From Meiothermus sp. (lineage in GTDB: Bacteria; Deinococcota; Deinococci; Deinococcales; Thermaceae): 64,000 nt of DNA. Below are positions 50,166 to 60,305 of this stretch, piece after piece (within the stretch, counting starts at the first letter, position 1; each line of letters begins with the position of its first letter). A program made the translations under genes and the position numbers. Location of the stretch: contig JANRLD010000078.1 in NCBI GenBank assembly GCA_033762915.1, positions 1 to 64,000 on the forward strand, read 5' to 3'. The notes under the pieces were generated by a model, which was given only the letters and a program-made list of their open reading frames with translations, was not told the DNA's origin and searched no databases.

Positions 50166-51197
50166 ATGGCCCTCGAGCCCGCCACAAAAACCCCGCTGCT
50201 CTCGCTGAGCCCCGAGTCCCTCCCCGGCGAGGGCTACCGCAAGGGGCAGATCGCGGGCTGGCTGTACCAGAAGGGGGCCGCCGACTGGGAGGCCATGACC
50301 GACCTCCCCAGGGCCCTGCGTACCCAACTGGCCAGCGAGTACCGCATCTGCGAGTTCGCCTCGGTTAAACCTTTCGAGAGCCAGGACGGCTCGGTGAAGT
50401 ACCTCTACACCCTACACGACGGCAAGCAGACCGAGGCCGTCTACATGCCCTATCTAAACCGCAGAACCATCTGCATCTCGAGCATGGTGGGATGCCCCGC
50501 CGGGTGTACGTTTTGCGCCACCGGAAAGATGGGCTTCGGGCGCAACCTCACCGCCGCCGAAATCCTAGACCAGATCCTCTACGCCTCGCTGCACCAGAAG
50601 CACTCGCCGCGTGAAATCCGCAACGTGGTGTTGATGGGGATGGGCGAGCCGCTCCTCAACGTCGAGCAGGTCTTCGGCGCGATCGAGCGGATACTGCACC
50701 CGCAGGGCCTGGCCATGAGCCCCCGGCGGGTGACCCTCTCCACGGTGGGGATTCCCAGGGGCATCTACAAACTGGCCGAATCCGACCTCGAGGTACGCCT
50801 GGCCCTCTCGCTCCACGCGCCCGACGACGAGACCCGCCAGCAGATCATCCCCACCGCCCACCGCTACAGCCTAGCGGAGATTATGGAGTCGGTGAGGCAC
50901 TACTACGCCAAGACCGGCCGGCGGGTGACGCTCGAGTACACCATGCTCAAGGGGCTGAACGACCACGACTGGCAGGCGCGGGCGCTGGGCCAGCACCTGG
51001 AGGGCCTCTCCGCCCACATCAACCTAATACCCTGGAACCCCTGGGAAGGCGCCCCCCTCGAGGGCACCCGCAAAGAGCAAATCCTGCGGTTCGCGGGGAT
51101 TCTCGAGCGCCAAAACATCCCAGTATCGATCCGCTGGAGCCGGGGCCGCGATGTCGGGGCGGCCTGCGGGCAGCTGGCGCTGAAGCAACCCGCCTAA
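50166..51197 (+). CDS. rlmN: 23S rRNA/tRNA m2A methyltransferase RlmN
   Basis: CISSMVGCPAGCTFCATG, MGMGEP, SLHAP, C-terminal AACGQL. Confidence 0.95.
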   Translation: MALEPATKTPLLSLSPESLPGEGYRKGQIAGWLYQKGAADWEAMTDLPRALRTQLASEYRICEFASVKPFESQDGSVKYLYTLHDGKQTEAVYMPYLNRRTICISSMVGCPAGCTFCATGKMGFGRNLTAAEILDQILYASLHQKHSPREIRNVVLMGMGEPLLNVEQVFGAIERILHPQGLAMSPRRVTLSTVGIPRGIYKLAESDLEVRLALSLHAPDDETRQQIIPTAHRYSLAEIMESVRHYYAKTGRRVTLEYTMLKGLNDHDWQARALGQHLEGLSAHINLIPWNPWEGAPLEGTRKEQILRFAGILERQNIPVSIRWSRGRDVGAACGQLALKQPA

Positions 51198-51228
51198 GCG
51201 ATGAAGAGGACAGGAAAAACCGCAGCCA

Positions 51229-52335
51229 TCACGCCTTTTCTTTGCTCTCTTCCCTCTCCTCTTTCCCCGCGTGTTTTTCCGCTCGCCAGATCAGCAGCCC
51301 AAGCCCCGCCGCCATAAACACCAGCGCCCCGACCACGCCCCAGCCGATGAGGGGGTCGGGGATGCGGGCGAAGCCAGCCGGGATCAGGTTGGAGCCGGTG
51401 GTGCCCATGTAGAAGATATAGGGGATGGCAAAGGGGCCGATCTGATTGCGGGTGAAGGTGTAAAGGGTGGGGAAAGTTGGGGCGACCAGGAAACCCAAAA
51501 GCGGGAACAGCCAAACGGTAGCGCTCGAGAAATAACACAGTCCCACCGCCACGGCCGAGACGTGCAGGATCAGCAGGCGACGCAGCGGGTCGGGCGCGAT
51601 GAATGGCCCCAGCACCAGGCGGCCCACCGTCAGCCCCACCCAGTACAGCGAGAGCAGTACGCCCAGCGTGCCCACACTGTAGCCGAGGGTCTGCAGGTAG
51701 ACCCCGGTGAAGCTCGAGACGATGATCTCCACCGAGACGTAGGCCAGCACAGCCAGCAGCAGGAAAGTGAGCAGACGGAACCCCATCCCCCTGGCGGGCG
51801 GAGCCTCTTGGGTCTGCGCCCTGGGCGAGCCCCACAACAACGCCACCGTCACCAGGGCCAGCAGCGCGAACAGCAGGTATGCGGTGCGCCAGGGCAGCCC
51901 CACCACCAGGAGCGGGGCCACCACCGCCCCCAACCCAAAGGCCGCGTTGACCCGGCTGAGCACGGTCAGGTTGCCCGCGTTCAGTTCGAGGGCCACCGCG
52001 TTGGCGTTGACATTAACCACCATCACCGCAAACCCCGCCAGCAGACCGCCCGCCAGTACGACCGTAAACTGAGGCGCGAGGGCTATAAGCAAGAACCCGA
52101 CCACTTGCAGCCCGACACTCAGCGGTAGCCAGGGCTGACGCACCCGCATCCGGCTGCCCACGAGGGTGCCCAGCAGACCACCCACAAACACCAAGTTGAA
52201 GTACCACGATATTTCGCCCTCAATTCCAAAATCCGCCCGCCAGAACGGCAGCGCAGCCCCCACGCTAGCCCCCACGATTCCGCTCATCATCAGGGCGAAG
52301 GCGGTGCCGAGGGTGAGGCGCCGGGCGAGGGTCAC
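51229..52335 (-). CDS. MFS transporter (FucP/TsgA-like)
   Basis: About 12 TM segments, NAAFGLGAVVAP, YVSVE, GRL, P.FPT. Confidence 0.75.
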   Translation of the reverse strand: MTLARRLTLGTAFALMMSGIVGASVGAALPFWRADFGIEGEISWYFNLVFVGGLLGTLVGSRMRVRQPWLPLSVGLQVVGFLLIALAPQFTVVLAGGLLAGFAVMVVNVNANAVALELNAGNLTVLSRVNAAFGLGAVVAPLLVVGLPWRTAYLLFALLALVTVALLWGSPRAQTQEAPPARGMGFRLLTFLLLAVLAYVSVEIIVSSFTGVYLQTLGYSVGTLGVLLSLYWVGLTVGRLVLGPFIAPDPLRRLLILHVSAVAVGLCYFSSATVWLFPLLGFLVAPTFPTLYTFTRNQIGPFAIPYIFYMGTTGSNLIPAGFARIPDPLIGWGVVGALVFMAAGLGLLIWRAEKHAGKEEREESKEKA

Positions 52336-52550
52336 GCAGGCATTCTAAATCGTTTTACCGCTGTTCCCACATATACCTGGAATCCAGAGACTTGGCCCTG
52401 CGGAAACGGGTGGGAATCGTTGGAGACAGTGCAAGAGCGTTTTAGAGTTGCAACCCTAACGCCCACACTGCCGATAAGCCGGAAACTGTGGGAGCTAGAG
52501 TAGCTCCCACGTCTGCCCTCAACGACTACATTAAGCCAGCAAAGGTCTGC

Positions 52551-52724
52551 CAAGTGTCTCCATAGTTGGAGTGCAAAATGTAGCCCGCCAGCTCCCGCAG
52601 GGAATTGCGCCTCGGGTAGCCGCTCCGCGGCTATGGCGCACGCCACTCCGCCCTGGGTAGCCGCTCCGCCCAGGCACATATTTTCCCTATCCGCCGATTC
52701 TGCACTTCCACCCTGGCGCAACGT
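52551..52724 (-). repeat. Repeat family A element, full length
   Basis: Reverse complement aligns with 32966-33122 and carries an internal duplication of GCGGAGCGGCTACCC. Confidence 0.8.
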
Positions 52725-52907
52725 AGACGGGCGAAGTCGGCGTTGGCTTGTCCTCGCACAAACGCGGGCGCAATTCCCCACGGGTGTTTCGGGGCAGCAG
52801 TCTGCGCTTAAACCACAGCAACACCTAGGGGGTAAAAGAACCCCAACACGACAGCGAGTTAAGCCCTTCCCATAAAACAAAAACTGGGTTTTGTTAGGTG
52901 CAGTTAG

Positions 52908-54185
52908 CTAGAGCAGCTTGGTGACTGATTTCTTGCTCGAGACCATCTCGGGGGCGGGAGAAATTTCGGCCTCGAGGCGGCCCTCGAGCTGGCGCAGCCA
53001 CTGGCCCACCAGTGCACCCCAGCTATAGTGGGTCTCGATGTGGTGCCGCCCGCTCTGGCCCATCCGGGCGGCGGCCTGAGGGTCGGCGGCGGCCCGCTCA
53101 ATCATGTCGGCGATGCCCTGCACGTCCTCGGGCGGAACCACGAGACCGGCCCCGATCTGCTGCACCAGCCGTGCACCTTCGCCCTTGCCGCTGTAGAGTA
53201 CCGGCTTGCCCGAGCTCATGGTGGCGAAAATCTTGGCGGGGCGGGTGCCTTCGAACAGCGGGGAGTCACGCAGGGTGGAGAGGCCCGCCAGGCTGAAAGA
53301 GAACAGGCGGGCGATGTAATCGGGCTGGGCGGGCGGCAGGAAACGCACGTTGGCAAGGTTCATTTCCTGGGCCATCTGCACCAGCTTGGGCTTTTCCGAG
53401 CCGTCGCCGATAAAGACCAACTCCACACTAGGGTCGCGCAGTCGCTGGGCGGCCTGAAGGGCGAACTCGATGCCGTGGGCATAGCCGTGGGTGCCGGCGT
53501 AGAGGATCACCTTCTTGCCCTCGAGGCCCAGCTCACGGGCCAGGGCGAGGTCGGGTTCTTTGGGCCGGAAGACGCGGGTATCTACCCCGTTGGGCAGGTA
53601 GAGCACTTTTTCTGGCGACAGGTTTTTCTTCTCTAAGAGCACCTTGTGGATACCCTCGGTGACCGCGTTAACGTAGCGGGAGTGGCGGTAGCTCCAGCGC
53701 TCGAGCCACTCCGCCCAGCGCAGTAATGGGCCTTCTTTCATAAGGCCAAGCTCCCGAACCGAGTCGGGCCATAGGTCAGCCACGTTGAAGATCATCGGAG
53801 CGCCGAACCACTTGGAGGCCAACCATCCGGGGAAGCTCAGGAACAGTGGCGGCGAATCAACGAAAATGAAGTCGGGGCGCTGAGAGCGCAACAGCCCGAT
53901 CAGCGACGTCAGTACGAAGCTACCGTAGCCGATCATGCGCTTCAGGCCCGCACCCATCGCCGGGTACATCCAGACCCGGTGAACCTTGCAGCCCTCCCAG
54001 GTTTCGGTTTTGTAGAAGACCCCTTTGTACTCGGGGAAGATCTTGCCCTGGAGATGATTGGGCACGGCAGTGACGACCTCCACCTCGTGACCCAGTTTTG
54101 TCAGCTCGCGCACGGTAGCCGCGATACGCACCTGCGACGCACCGATCTCGGGGGGAAAGTATTGGGTGAGAAAGAGGAAACGCAC
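52908..54185 (-). CDS. Glycosyltransferase family 4 (WbuB-like)
   Basis: TQYFPPEIGA, SPPLF, DLWPDS, PNGVD, YAG.HG.AHG, P.K....MSSGKP. Confidence 0.88.
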   Translation of the reverse strand: MRFLFLTQYFPPEIGASQVRIAATVRELTKLGHEVEVVTAVPNHLQGKIFPEYKGVFYKTETWEGCKVHRVWMYPAMGAGLKRMIGYGSFVLTSLIGLLRSQRPDFIFVDSPPLFLSFPGWLASKWFGAPMIFNVADLWPDSVRELGLMKEGPLLRWAEWLERWSYRHSRYVNAVTEGIHKVLLEKKNLSPEKVLYLPNGVDTRVFRPKEPDLALARELGLEGKKVILYAGTHGYAHGIEFALQAAQRLRDPSVELVFIGDGSEKPKLVQMAQEMNLANVRFLPPAQPDYIARLFSFSLAGLSTLRDSPLFEGTRPAKIFATMSSGKPVLYSGKGEGARLVQQIGAGLVVPPEDVQGIADMIERAAADPQAAARMGQSGRHHIETHYSWGALVGQWLRQLEGRLEAEISPAPEMVSSKKSVTKLL

Positions 54186-54477
54186 GCTGCAATGGTAGCC
54201 TGAGGCGAAATACCGATTAGGGTTTTTTGACCTAATTGGAATCTATCCAGGTGTACCTCTCTAGCCCCTTTGTTATCTATTAGTTTCTTCATTACAGATG
54301 TTTCTGTATTCTAATTATCACAATTCAGGAACTTCCTCTATTCGTTACGTTACGTAGCTCACTGACGTCAGGAATGGGTTTTTCTGCGTATCTTTTTGTG
54401 AAACCTCGCGTAACGGTGTAACGCAATCTGTGCGTTAGTCACAAGGTAATGCGTGCCCACCTTGTAGGTTGGAGCTT

Positions 54478-56397
54478 ATGGGTGGCATACATATGCGCGC
54501 AAAACAAGCTCGTTTCGTGATAGACCTTTTCTTATGGACGATAGCCGTACCCCTGGCTTATCTCATCCGTCTCGAGGGTGACAACCTTACCCAACATCTA
54601 GGGGCCATGACAGTTTGGGCCCTCGTAGGCATACCGATCAAGGCAGTACTGATCTACTTGTGGGGGCTGCACCGTCAGGTCTGGGTCAAGACCAGCATCC
54701 GCGACCTCTGGACGCTGATGCAGGTGGTGGGCCTGGGAGCCCTAACCCTGACCAGCCTGGCGTTCGTGGTAGGTGACTACTTCGACGTGCCGCGCAGCGT
54801 GCCCATGATGAGCGCGATGGTGTCTCTGGGGATGATGGCACTGGTGCGGGTGGTAGCCCGACTTTGGGACGAGCGCCGCCAGCTGCTCAAGGTGCCCACC
54901 CACATGGGAAAGCGAATTCTGATCATCGGAGCGGGCGACGCAGGCACCCTGCTGGCCAGAGAGATGCTGCGCCACCCCGCCTCGGGGCTGGTTCCGGTAG
55001 GCTTTCTCGACGACGAGCCCGGCAAGCGTGGGGCCAAGATCGGCGGCCTGCTGGTATTGGGCGCGCTATCAGAGTTGGAAAAGGTCGCAGAAAAAACCGG
55101 GGCACAGGAGATTCTGATAGCCATGCCTTCCGCACCGGGCAAGGTGGTGCGTCAGGTGGTAGATCAGGCCCAGAAGATGGGCTTAACCCAGCGTACCATG
55201 CCCGGACTGCATGAGATTTTGTCGGGAAAAATCTCCCTATCTCACCTGCGCCAGGTCAACCTCGAGGATCTTCTACGCCGTGACCCCGTCAAGCTCAACA
55301 CCGCTGAGATCGCCCACTACATCGAGGGCCGCACCGTGCTGATCACCGGTGCGGGCGGCTCAATTGGCTCGGAGATCGTGCGCCAAGTCTGCCGCTTCTC
55401 ACCCCGGCGGCTGGTGTTGGTGGGACGCGGCGAGAGTAGCGTGTACCAGATCGAACAGGAGATCAAGCGCCGCTTCTCCCACATCCCTTACGTGGCTTAC
55501 ATCGCCGATGTACGCAACTCGGCCAAGCTCGAGCAGATCTTCGACGAAACCAAGCCGCAGGTGATTTTCCACGCTGCCGCCCACAAGCACGTGCCGTTCA
55601 TGGAGGCCAACCCCGACGAGGCGGTGTTCAACAACGTCGGCGGCACACTTAACCTGGTGAGGCTGGCCCTGCGCTACGGCATCGAACGCTTCGTGAACAT
55701 CTCCACCGACAAGGCTGTCAACCCTACCTCGGTGATGGGAGCCTCTAAGCGGGTGGCTGAGTATGCGGTCAACTGGGCATCGGAACGGGCCGCGCCGGGT
55801 CAGTCCTTCGTCTCGGTGCGCTTCGGCAACGTACTGGGCAGCCGGGGCAGCGTGGTGCCGCTGTTCCAGGAGCAGATTAAGAACGGTGGCCCCATCACCG
55901 TCACCCACCCCGAGATGACGCGCTTCTTTATGACTATCCCCGAAGCGGCCCAGCTAGTGCTGCAAGCGGGCGGCCTAGGCGAGAATGGTAGGGTTTACGT
56001 GCTGGACATGGGAGATCCGGTAAAGATCGTGGACCTGGCGCGAGACGTGATCCGCCTATCCGGACTGACCCCCGACGAGGACATCAAGATTCAGTTCTCG
56101 GGCATGCGGCCCGGCGAGAAGCTCTACGAGGAGTTGCTAACCGACCAGGAAGGCACCGGGGCCACCCATCACCAGCAGATATTCGTGGCCAAGAGCGGCC
56201 AGACCGCCGAACTGTTCGATCTGTACCTCGAGAGCCTCTTCGACGCAGCCCGCAGCGCCAACTACCCCAAGATCCGCGAGCTGTTTCTCCAGCTCATCCC
56301 CACCTATAGCCCCCAGAACCACAGCGCCCCCAAGGTCTATGTGCCTACCGCCGGGAAACATCCAGCGACCAAGCGGGTTAACAAGACGACCAACTGA
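54478..56397 (+). CDS. Membrane-bound nucleoside-diphosphate sugar 4,6-dehydratase (CapD/PglF/WbpM family)
   Basis: N-terminal TMs, GAGDAG, TGAGGSIGSE, HAAAHKHVP, STDKAVNP, RFGNVLGSRGSV, RPGEKLYEEL. Confidence 0.93.
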   Translation: MGGIHMRAKQARFVIDLFLWTIAVPLAYLIRLEGDNLTQHLGAMTVWALVGIPIKAVLIYLWGLHRQVWVKTSIRDLWTLMQVVGLGALTLTSLAFVVGDYFDVPRSVPMMSAMVSLGMMALVRVVARLWDERRQLLKVPTHMGKRILIIGAGDAGTLLAREMLRHPASGLVPVGFLDDEPGKRGAKIGGLLVLGALSELEKVAEKTGAQEILIAMPSAPGKVVRQVVDQAQKMGLTQRTMPGLHEILSGKISLSHLRQVNLEDLLRRDPVKLNTAEIAHYIEGRTVLITGAGGSIGSEIVRQVCRFSPRRLVLVGRGESSVYQIEQEIKRRFSHIPYVAYIADVRNSAKLEQIFDETKPQVIFHAAAHKHVPFMEANPDEAVFNNVGGTLNLVRLALRYGIERFVNISTDKAVNPTSVMGASKRVAEYAVNWASERAAPGQSFVSVRFGNVLGSRGSVVPLFQEQIKNGGPITVTHPEMTRFFMTIPEAAQLVLQAGGLGENGRVYVLDMGDPVKIVDLARDVIRLSGLTPDEDIKIQFSGMRPGEKLYEELLTDQEGTGATHHQQIFVAKSGQTAELFDLYLESLFDAARSANYPKIRELFLQLIPTYSPQNHSAPKVYVPTAGKHPATKRVNKTTN

Positions 56398-56409
56398 TCG
56401 GCTGCAATA

Positions 56410-56448
56410 AAGACGCCAGGCGCGACAGTGCGCCCGGCGTCTTCCTTT
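56410..56448. terminator. Bidirectional intrinsic terminator between convergent genes
   Basis: AAGACGCCAGGCGC-GACAGT-GCGCCCGGCGTCTT stem, A-rich on the left and T-rich on the right. Confidence 0.7.
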
Positions 56449-56462
56449 TGACTCTCGATCGA

Positions 56463-56825
56463 TCAGCTCACAAACTCTACCAGGGCGAGCTGCGTGCCGT
56501 CGCCCCGGCGGAACTCGGCCAGCTTGAGCATGCGGGTGTAACCGCCGGAGCGCCCGGCGTACTTGGGGGCAATCTCCTCGAGCAGCTTCTTGGCCAGTTT
56601 GGCGTCTTGCAGGTCGCGGAAGACCAGGCGGCGTGCGGCCAAGTCACCGGCCTTGGCAGTGGTGATGAGCTTGTCCATGTAGCCCACCAGCTCCTTGGCC
56701 TTGGGGATGGTGGTCGTGATCCTGCCGCTCTCGGAGAGCAGCAGGTTTTTGGCCATGTTTCGGAACAGCGCCACGCGGTGGCTGCTGTTGCGGTTCAGCT
56801 TTCTTCCAGATTTCTGGTGACGCAT
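56463..56825 (-). CDS. rplQ: 50S ribosomal protein L17
   Basis: [31 protein letters not shown]. Confidence 0.98.
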   Translation of the reverse strand: MRHQKSGRKLNRNSSHRVALFRNMAKNLLLSESGRITTTIPKAKELVGYMDKLITTAKAGDLAARRLVFRDLQDAKLAKKLLEEIAPKYAGRSGGYTRMLKLAEFRRGDGTQLALVEFVS

Positions 56826-56927
56826 AACGCTCCTTCGGAGCGAGAGGAAGGGGGAAGGAGGGAGAAACCAGAGGACGCGACCTAAAGGCCTTCTGTTTTC
56901 TCTTTCCTCTTTCCTTTTCCTCCGCCT

Positions 56928-57911
56928 TTAGTCCTTCATTACCAGCCCGTGCTGGGCGAGGCAGTCCTTGATCTCTTGCAGGCTGCGGTCGCCGATACCC
57001 GGAACCTTCTTCATCTCGCGCTCGGAGAGGGCCAGCAGGCTCTCAACGGTCTCGATACCTTCTTCCTTGAGGTTGTGCAGCACGCGGGTGGTGAGGCCGA
57101 GATCCTCGAGGGTCAGGCCCACGCCGCGGGGCTGGGCGGCTGCCGCAGGCATCGCGGGGGCTGCCGTGGGAACGGGCGTGGCGACCACCGGCGCGGCCAC
57201 CGGGCGGCTCTGCTCGAGGCGCAGCACCGGGCTCTGGTCGAAGAAGCCGAGCTGGTCGCGAAGGATGTTGACCGACTGCTGGAGGGCCTCCATCGGGCTC
57301 ACCGAGCCGTCCGTCCACACCCGCAGCGTGAGCTTGTCGAGGTCGGTACGCTGCCCCAGGCGGGTGTCCTCCACCTGGTAGGCCACGCGGCGCACCGGGC
57401 TGTAGAGGGCGTCCACGGGAATCGAGGAGATCCGATCCTTGATGCCGTGCTTCTCGGCGGGGACGTAGCCGATGCCCTCGTCTACCCGCACCTCCATCAC
57501 CAGCTTGCCCTTGTCTTCTAGGGTCGCGATGTAGAGGTCGGGGTTCATCACCTCGGCGTCGGGGCCGGTCTCGAGATCTCTGGCGTAGATGGCCTTCGGC
57601 CCTTGGGCGCGCAGGGTCAGGGTCTTGGGGCCGGAGCCGGGGTTGTGCAGCTTGACGACCACTTCCTTGAGGTTGAGGATGAGCTGGATGGCGTCTTCCT
57701 TCACCCCGGTGATGGTCGAGAACTCGTGCAGCACGTCCTCGATATAGACGCTGGTGACGGCGGTGCCGGGAATGCTCGACAGCAGAATGCGGCGCAGCGG
57801 GTTGCCCAACGTCACGCCGAAGCCCCGCTCGAGCGGCTCGAGCACGAACTCGCCGTAGTTGCCGTCAATGCGGGCGTTGAACACCGGGGCTTTGGTCTTG
57901 GTGGTTTCCAA
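56928..57911 (-). CDS. rpoA: RNA polymerase alpha subunit
   Basis: AAGGAGG before TTG at 57911; EPLERGFGVTLGNPLRRILLSSIPG. Confidence 0.97.
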   Translation of the reverse strand: METTKTKAPVFNARIDGNYGEFVLEPLERGFGVTLGNPLRRILLSSIPGTAVTSVYIEDVLHEFSTITGVKEDAIQLILNLKEVVVKLHNPGSGPKTLTLRAQGPKAIYARDLETGPDAEVMNPDLYIATLEDKGKLVMEVRVDEGIGYVPAEKHGIKDRISSIPVDALYSPVRRVAYQVEDTRLGQRTDLDKLTLRVWTDGSVSPMEALQQSVNILRDQLGFFDQSPVLRLEQSRPVAAPVVATPVPTAAPAMPAAAAQPRGVGLTLEDLGLTTRVLHNLKEEGIETVESLLALSEREMKKVPGIGDRSLQEIKDCLAQHGLVMKD

Positions 57912-57997
57912 GGTTCCTCCTTCACAGAGCTTGTGGCTCGTGGGTCGTGGCGTGTGGAGCAGTCTGCTACAGGCCACAGGCCGCGAGCCACCGGCCC

Positions 57998-58615
57998 CTA
58001 GCGCGAGTAGAACTCGATAACGAGCTGTTCGTTGACGGGCAGGCTGAGCATCTCGCGGTCGGGGACGCGCAGGAACTTGCCGGTCATGCTGCCGCCGTCG
58101 AACTCGATCCAGGGAAAGCTCTTGCGATTCTTGAAGCGCTCCACGTTTTGCACGATGAAGTCAATCTTCCTGCCCTTCTCCGACACCTTGATCTCTTCGC
58201 CCTGACGCACCTGGTAGCCGGGAATGGTGACCCGCTTGCCGCCCACCAGGATGTGCCCGTGGCGAACGAACTGCCGGGCCTGGCGGCGGGTGGAAGCGAT
58301 GCCCATGCGAAATACGATGTTGTCGAGGCGGCTCTCGAGAAGTTGCAGGAAGACGGTACCAGTCACCCCGCTCTTGCGGCTGGCCTCCTCGAAGAGGTTA
58401 CGGAACTGGGTTTCCGACACGTCGTAGATGAAGCGCAGCTTCTGCTTCTCGCGCAGACGCACCGAGTAGTCGGAGGGACGCCCCTTGCGGCGCTGGCCGT
58501 GCTGGCCGGGGCCGTACTGGCGGCGATCCATGTACTTCTGAACCTTCTCGGTCTCGGCGACGTTCACGCCGAGCTGGCGTGAAACTTTTACAATCGAACC
58601 ACGTAAACGACCCAT
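57998..58615 (-). CDS. rpsD: 30S ribosomal protein S4
   Basis: [32 protein letters not shown]. Confidence 0.98.
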   Translation of the reverse strand: MGRLRGSIVKVSRQLGVNVAETEKVQKYMDRRQYGPGQHGQRRKGRPSDYSVRLREKQKLRFIYDVSETQFRNLFEEASRKSGVTGTVFLQLLESRLDNIVFRMGIASTRRQARQFVRHGHILVGGKRVTIPGYQVRQGEEIKVSEKGRKIDFIVQNVERFKNRKSFPWIEFDGGSMTGKFLRVPDREMLSLPVNEQLVIEFYSR

Positions 58616-58832
58616 TTATTTCTCCTCTGGCAGAGGAGCGTCAAAGGTCGAAGGTCGAAGGTCGAAGGTCTTTTTGACTTTCGGCGTTCGGCTTTCGGCG
58701 CAAGACGCTCAACCGGGTTCCCAAGGTCTGGGTAGCGAAGCAGGGAACCAAAGTTTCGCTACCGCTCTACTGGCCTTTAGCGGCTGGCTTATAGCTTCTA
58801 GCTAAGGGCTAACCGCCAATTGCTAAGCGGGA

Positions 58833-59237
58833 TCAGACCGCCAGCTTGCGGAACTTCTTGCGCGGGCGGCAGCCGTTGTGGGGCAGGGGGGTGTCGTCGA
58901 CGATGGAGCGCACCTGAAGGCCCGAGGCCTGCAAGGCACGGATGGCCTGCTCGCGGCCCGCGCCGGTGCCGCGCACTACCACCTCGACGTTGCTCATCCC
59001 GAAGCCCTGGGCCTTCTTGGCGGCGTCCATGGCGGCGAGCTGGGCGGCGTAGGGGGTGCCCTTACGGCTGCCCTTGTAACCGATCACCCCGCCCGACGAC
59101 CAGGTGACGGTGTTGCCGTCGGTGTCGGTGATGGTGACGATGGTGTTGTTGTACGAGGCGTGGATAAACACCCTCCCCGCGTTTACGGTCTTCTTGACCT
59201 TCTTCTTGGCCCTCGGCCCAGCTTTCTTCTCAGCCAT
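58833..59237 (-). CDS. rpsK: 30S ribosomal protein S11
   Basis: [27 protein letters not shown]. Confidence 0.98.
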   Translation of the reverse strand: MAEKKAGPRAKKKVKKTVNAGRVFIHASYNNTIVTITDTDGNTVTWSSGGVIGYKGSRKGTPYAAQLAAMDAAKKAQGFGMSNVEVVVRGTGAGREQAIRALQASGLQVRSIVDDTPLPHNGCRPRKKFRKLAV

Positions 59238-59424
59238 ACTCTCCATCCTTCGGCCTTTTCAGGCCCGGCCCCTATGAAACTACTGCGAGGGGCCTTTGCG
59301 GAGTCTCAACTGGCGTGTACACGATGCGCTAACCTGCTGTGCTTGGTCGGGCATCTACGTTCCAGCTTTGTGGTATTCGGCCCTTAGCGGTTTAGCTTCT
59401 GGCCTTTAGCTAACAGCCCATTGC

Positions 59425-59805
59425 TTACTTGCGCGGTGCCTTCTTCTTGCCAGCCACGGTCTTGCGGGGGCCTTTGCGGCTGCGGGCGTTGGTGCGGGTG
59501 CGCTGACCGCGAACCGGCAGGCTGCGGCGGTGGCGCATCCCACGGTAGCAGCCGATGTCCATCAGACGCTTGATATTGCCAGCCACTTCGGCGCGTAGCT
59601 CGCCCTCGAGCTTGTAGGTGTTTTCGACGTACTCGCGCAGCTTGGCGGTGTCGGCTTCGCTCAAGTCCTTGACACGGACCGCCCCATCGATACCGGTGGC
59701 GGCCAGGGTCTCCTTGGCGCGGTGGTTGCCGACGCCGTAGATATAGGTCAGGGCGATGTCCACGCGCTTGTTGCGGGGGATTTCAACTCCAGATATACGG
59801 GCCAT
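59425..59805 (-). CDS. rpsM: 30S ribosomal protein S13
   Basis: [28 protein letters not shown]. Confidence 0.98.
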   Translation of the reverse strand: MARISGVEIPRNKRVDIALTYIYGVGNHRAKETLAATGIDGAVRVKDLSEADTAKLREYVENTYKLEGELRAEVAGNIKRLMDIGCYRGMRHRRSLPVRGQRTRTNARSRKGPRKTVAGKKKAPRK

Positions 59806-59822
59806 TCATTCACCTCCTTTTT

Positions 59823-59936
59823 CTAGCCTTGACGCTGCTTGTGGGTGGGCTCTTCACAGATGACATACACGCGACCGTGCCGCTTGATGACCTTGCACTT
59901 GTCGCACATCTTTTTGACCGAGGTACGGACTTTCAT
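59823..59936 (-). CDS. rpmJ: 50S ribosomal protein L36, zinc-ribbon type (not in ORF track)
   Basis: Manual translation [37 protein letters not shown]. Confidence 0.97.
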   Translation of the reverse strand: MKVRTSVKKMCDKCKVIKRHGRVYVICEEPTHKQRQG

Positions 59937-60056
59937 GGTTTTCTCCTTCGGAGAGTGGTCAGAGGTCAGGGGTCGGTGGAAAGCTCTGAGCGATGAGTCA
60001 TGAGCTTTTTGGTTTATCCTCTGTTCTCTTCCCTCTTTCCTCGCCTTTCTTCAGAA

Positions 60057-60275
60057 CTAGCGCCGGTAAACAATCCTTCCCCTGCTTGGGTCGTAGGGCG
60101 TGATCTCGACCACCACCCGGTCGCCGGGGAGGATGCGGATGTAGTTCATGCGCATCTTGCCCGAGATGTAGCAGAGGATTTCCGGGCCGTTGTCGAGCTG
60201 CACCCTGAACGTGGTGTTGGGCAGCGCCTCGGAGATGTACCCCTCGGCGCGAATGGTGTCTTTTTCCTTGGCCAA
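60057..60275 (-). CDS. infA: Translation initiation factor IF-1
   Basis: AGGAGG before [25 protein letters not shown]. Confidence 0.98.
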   Translation of the reverse strand: MAKEKDTIRAEGYISEALPNTTFRVQLDNGPEILCYISGKMRMNYIRILPGDRVVVEITPYDPSRGRIVYRR

Positions 60276-60305
60276 AAAAATCCTCCTGATGGGTTAAGCG
60301 GCGGA

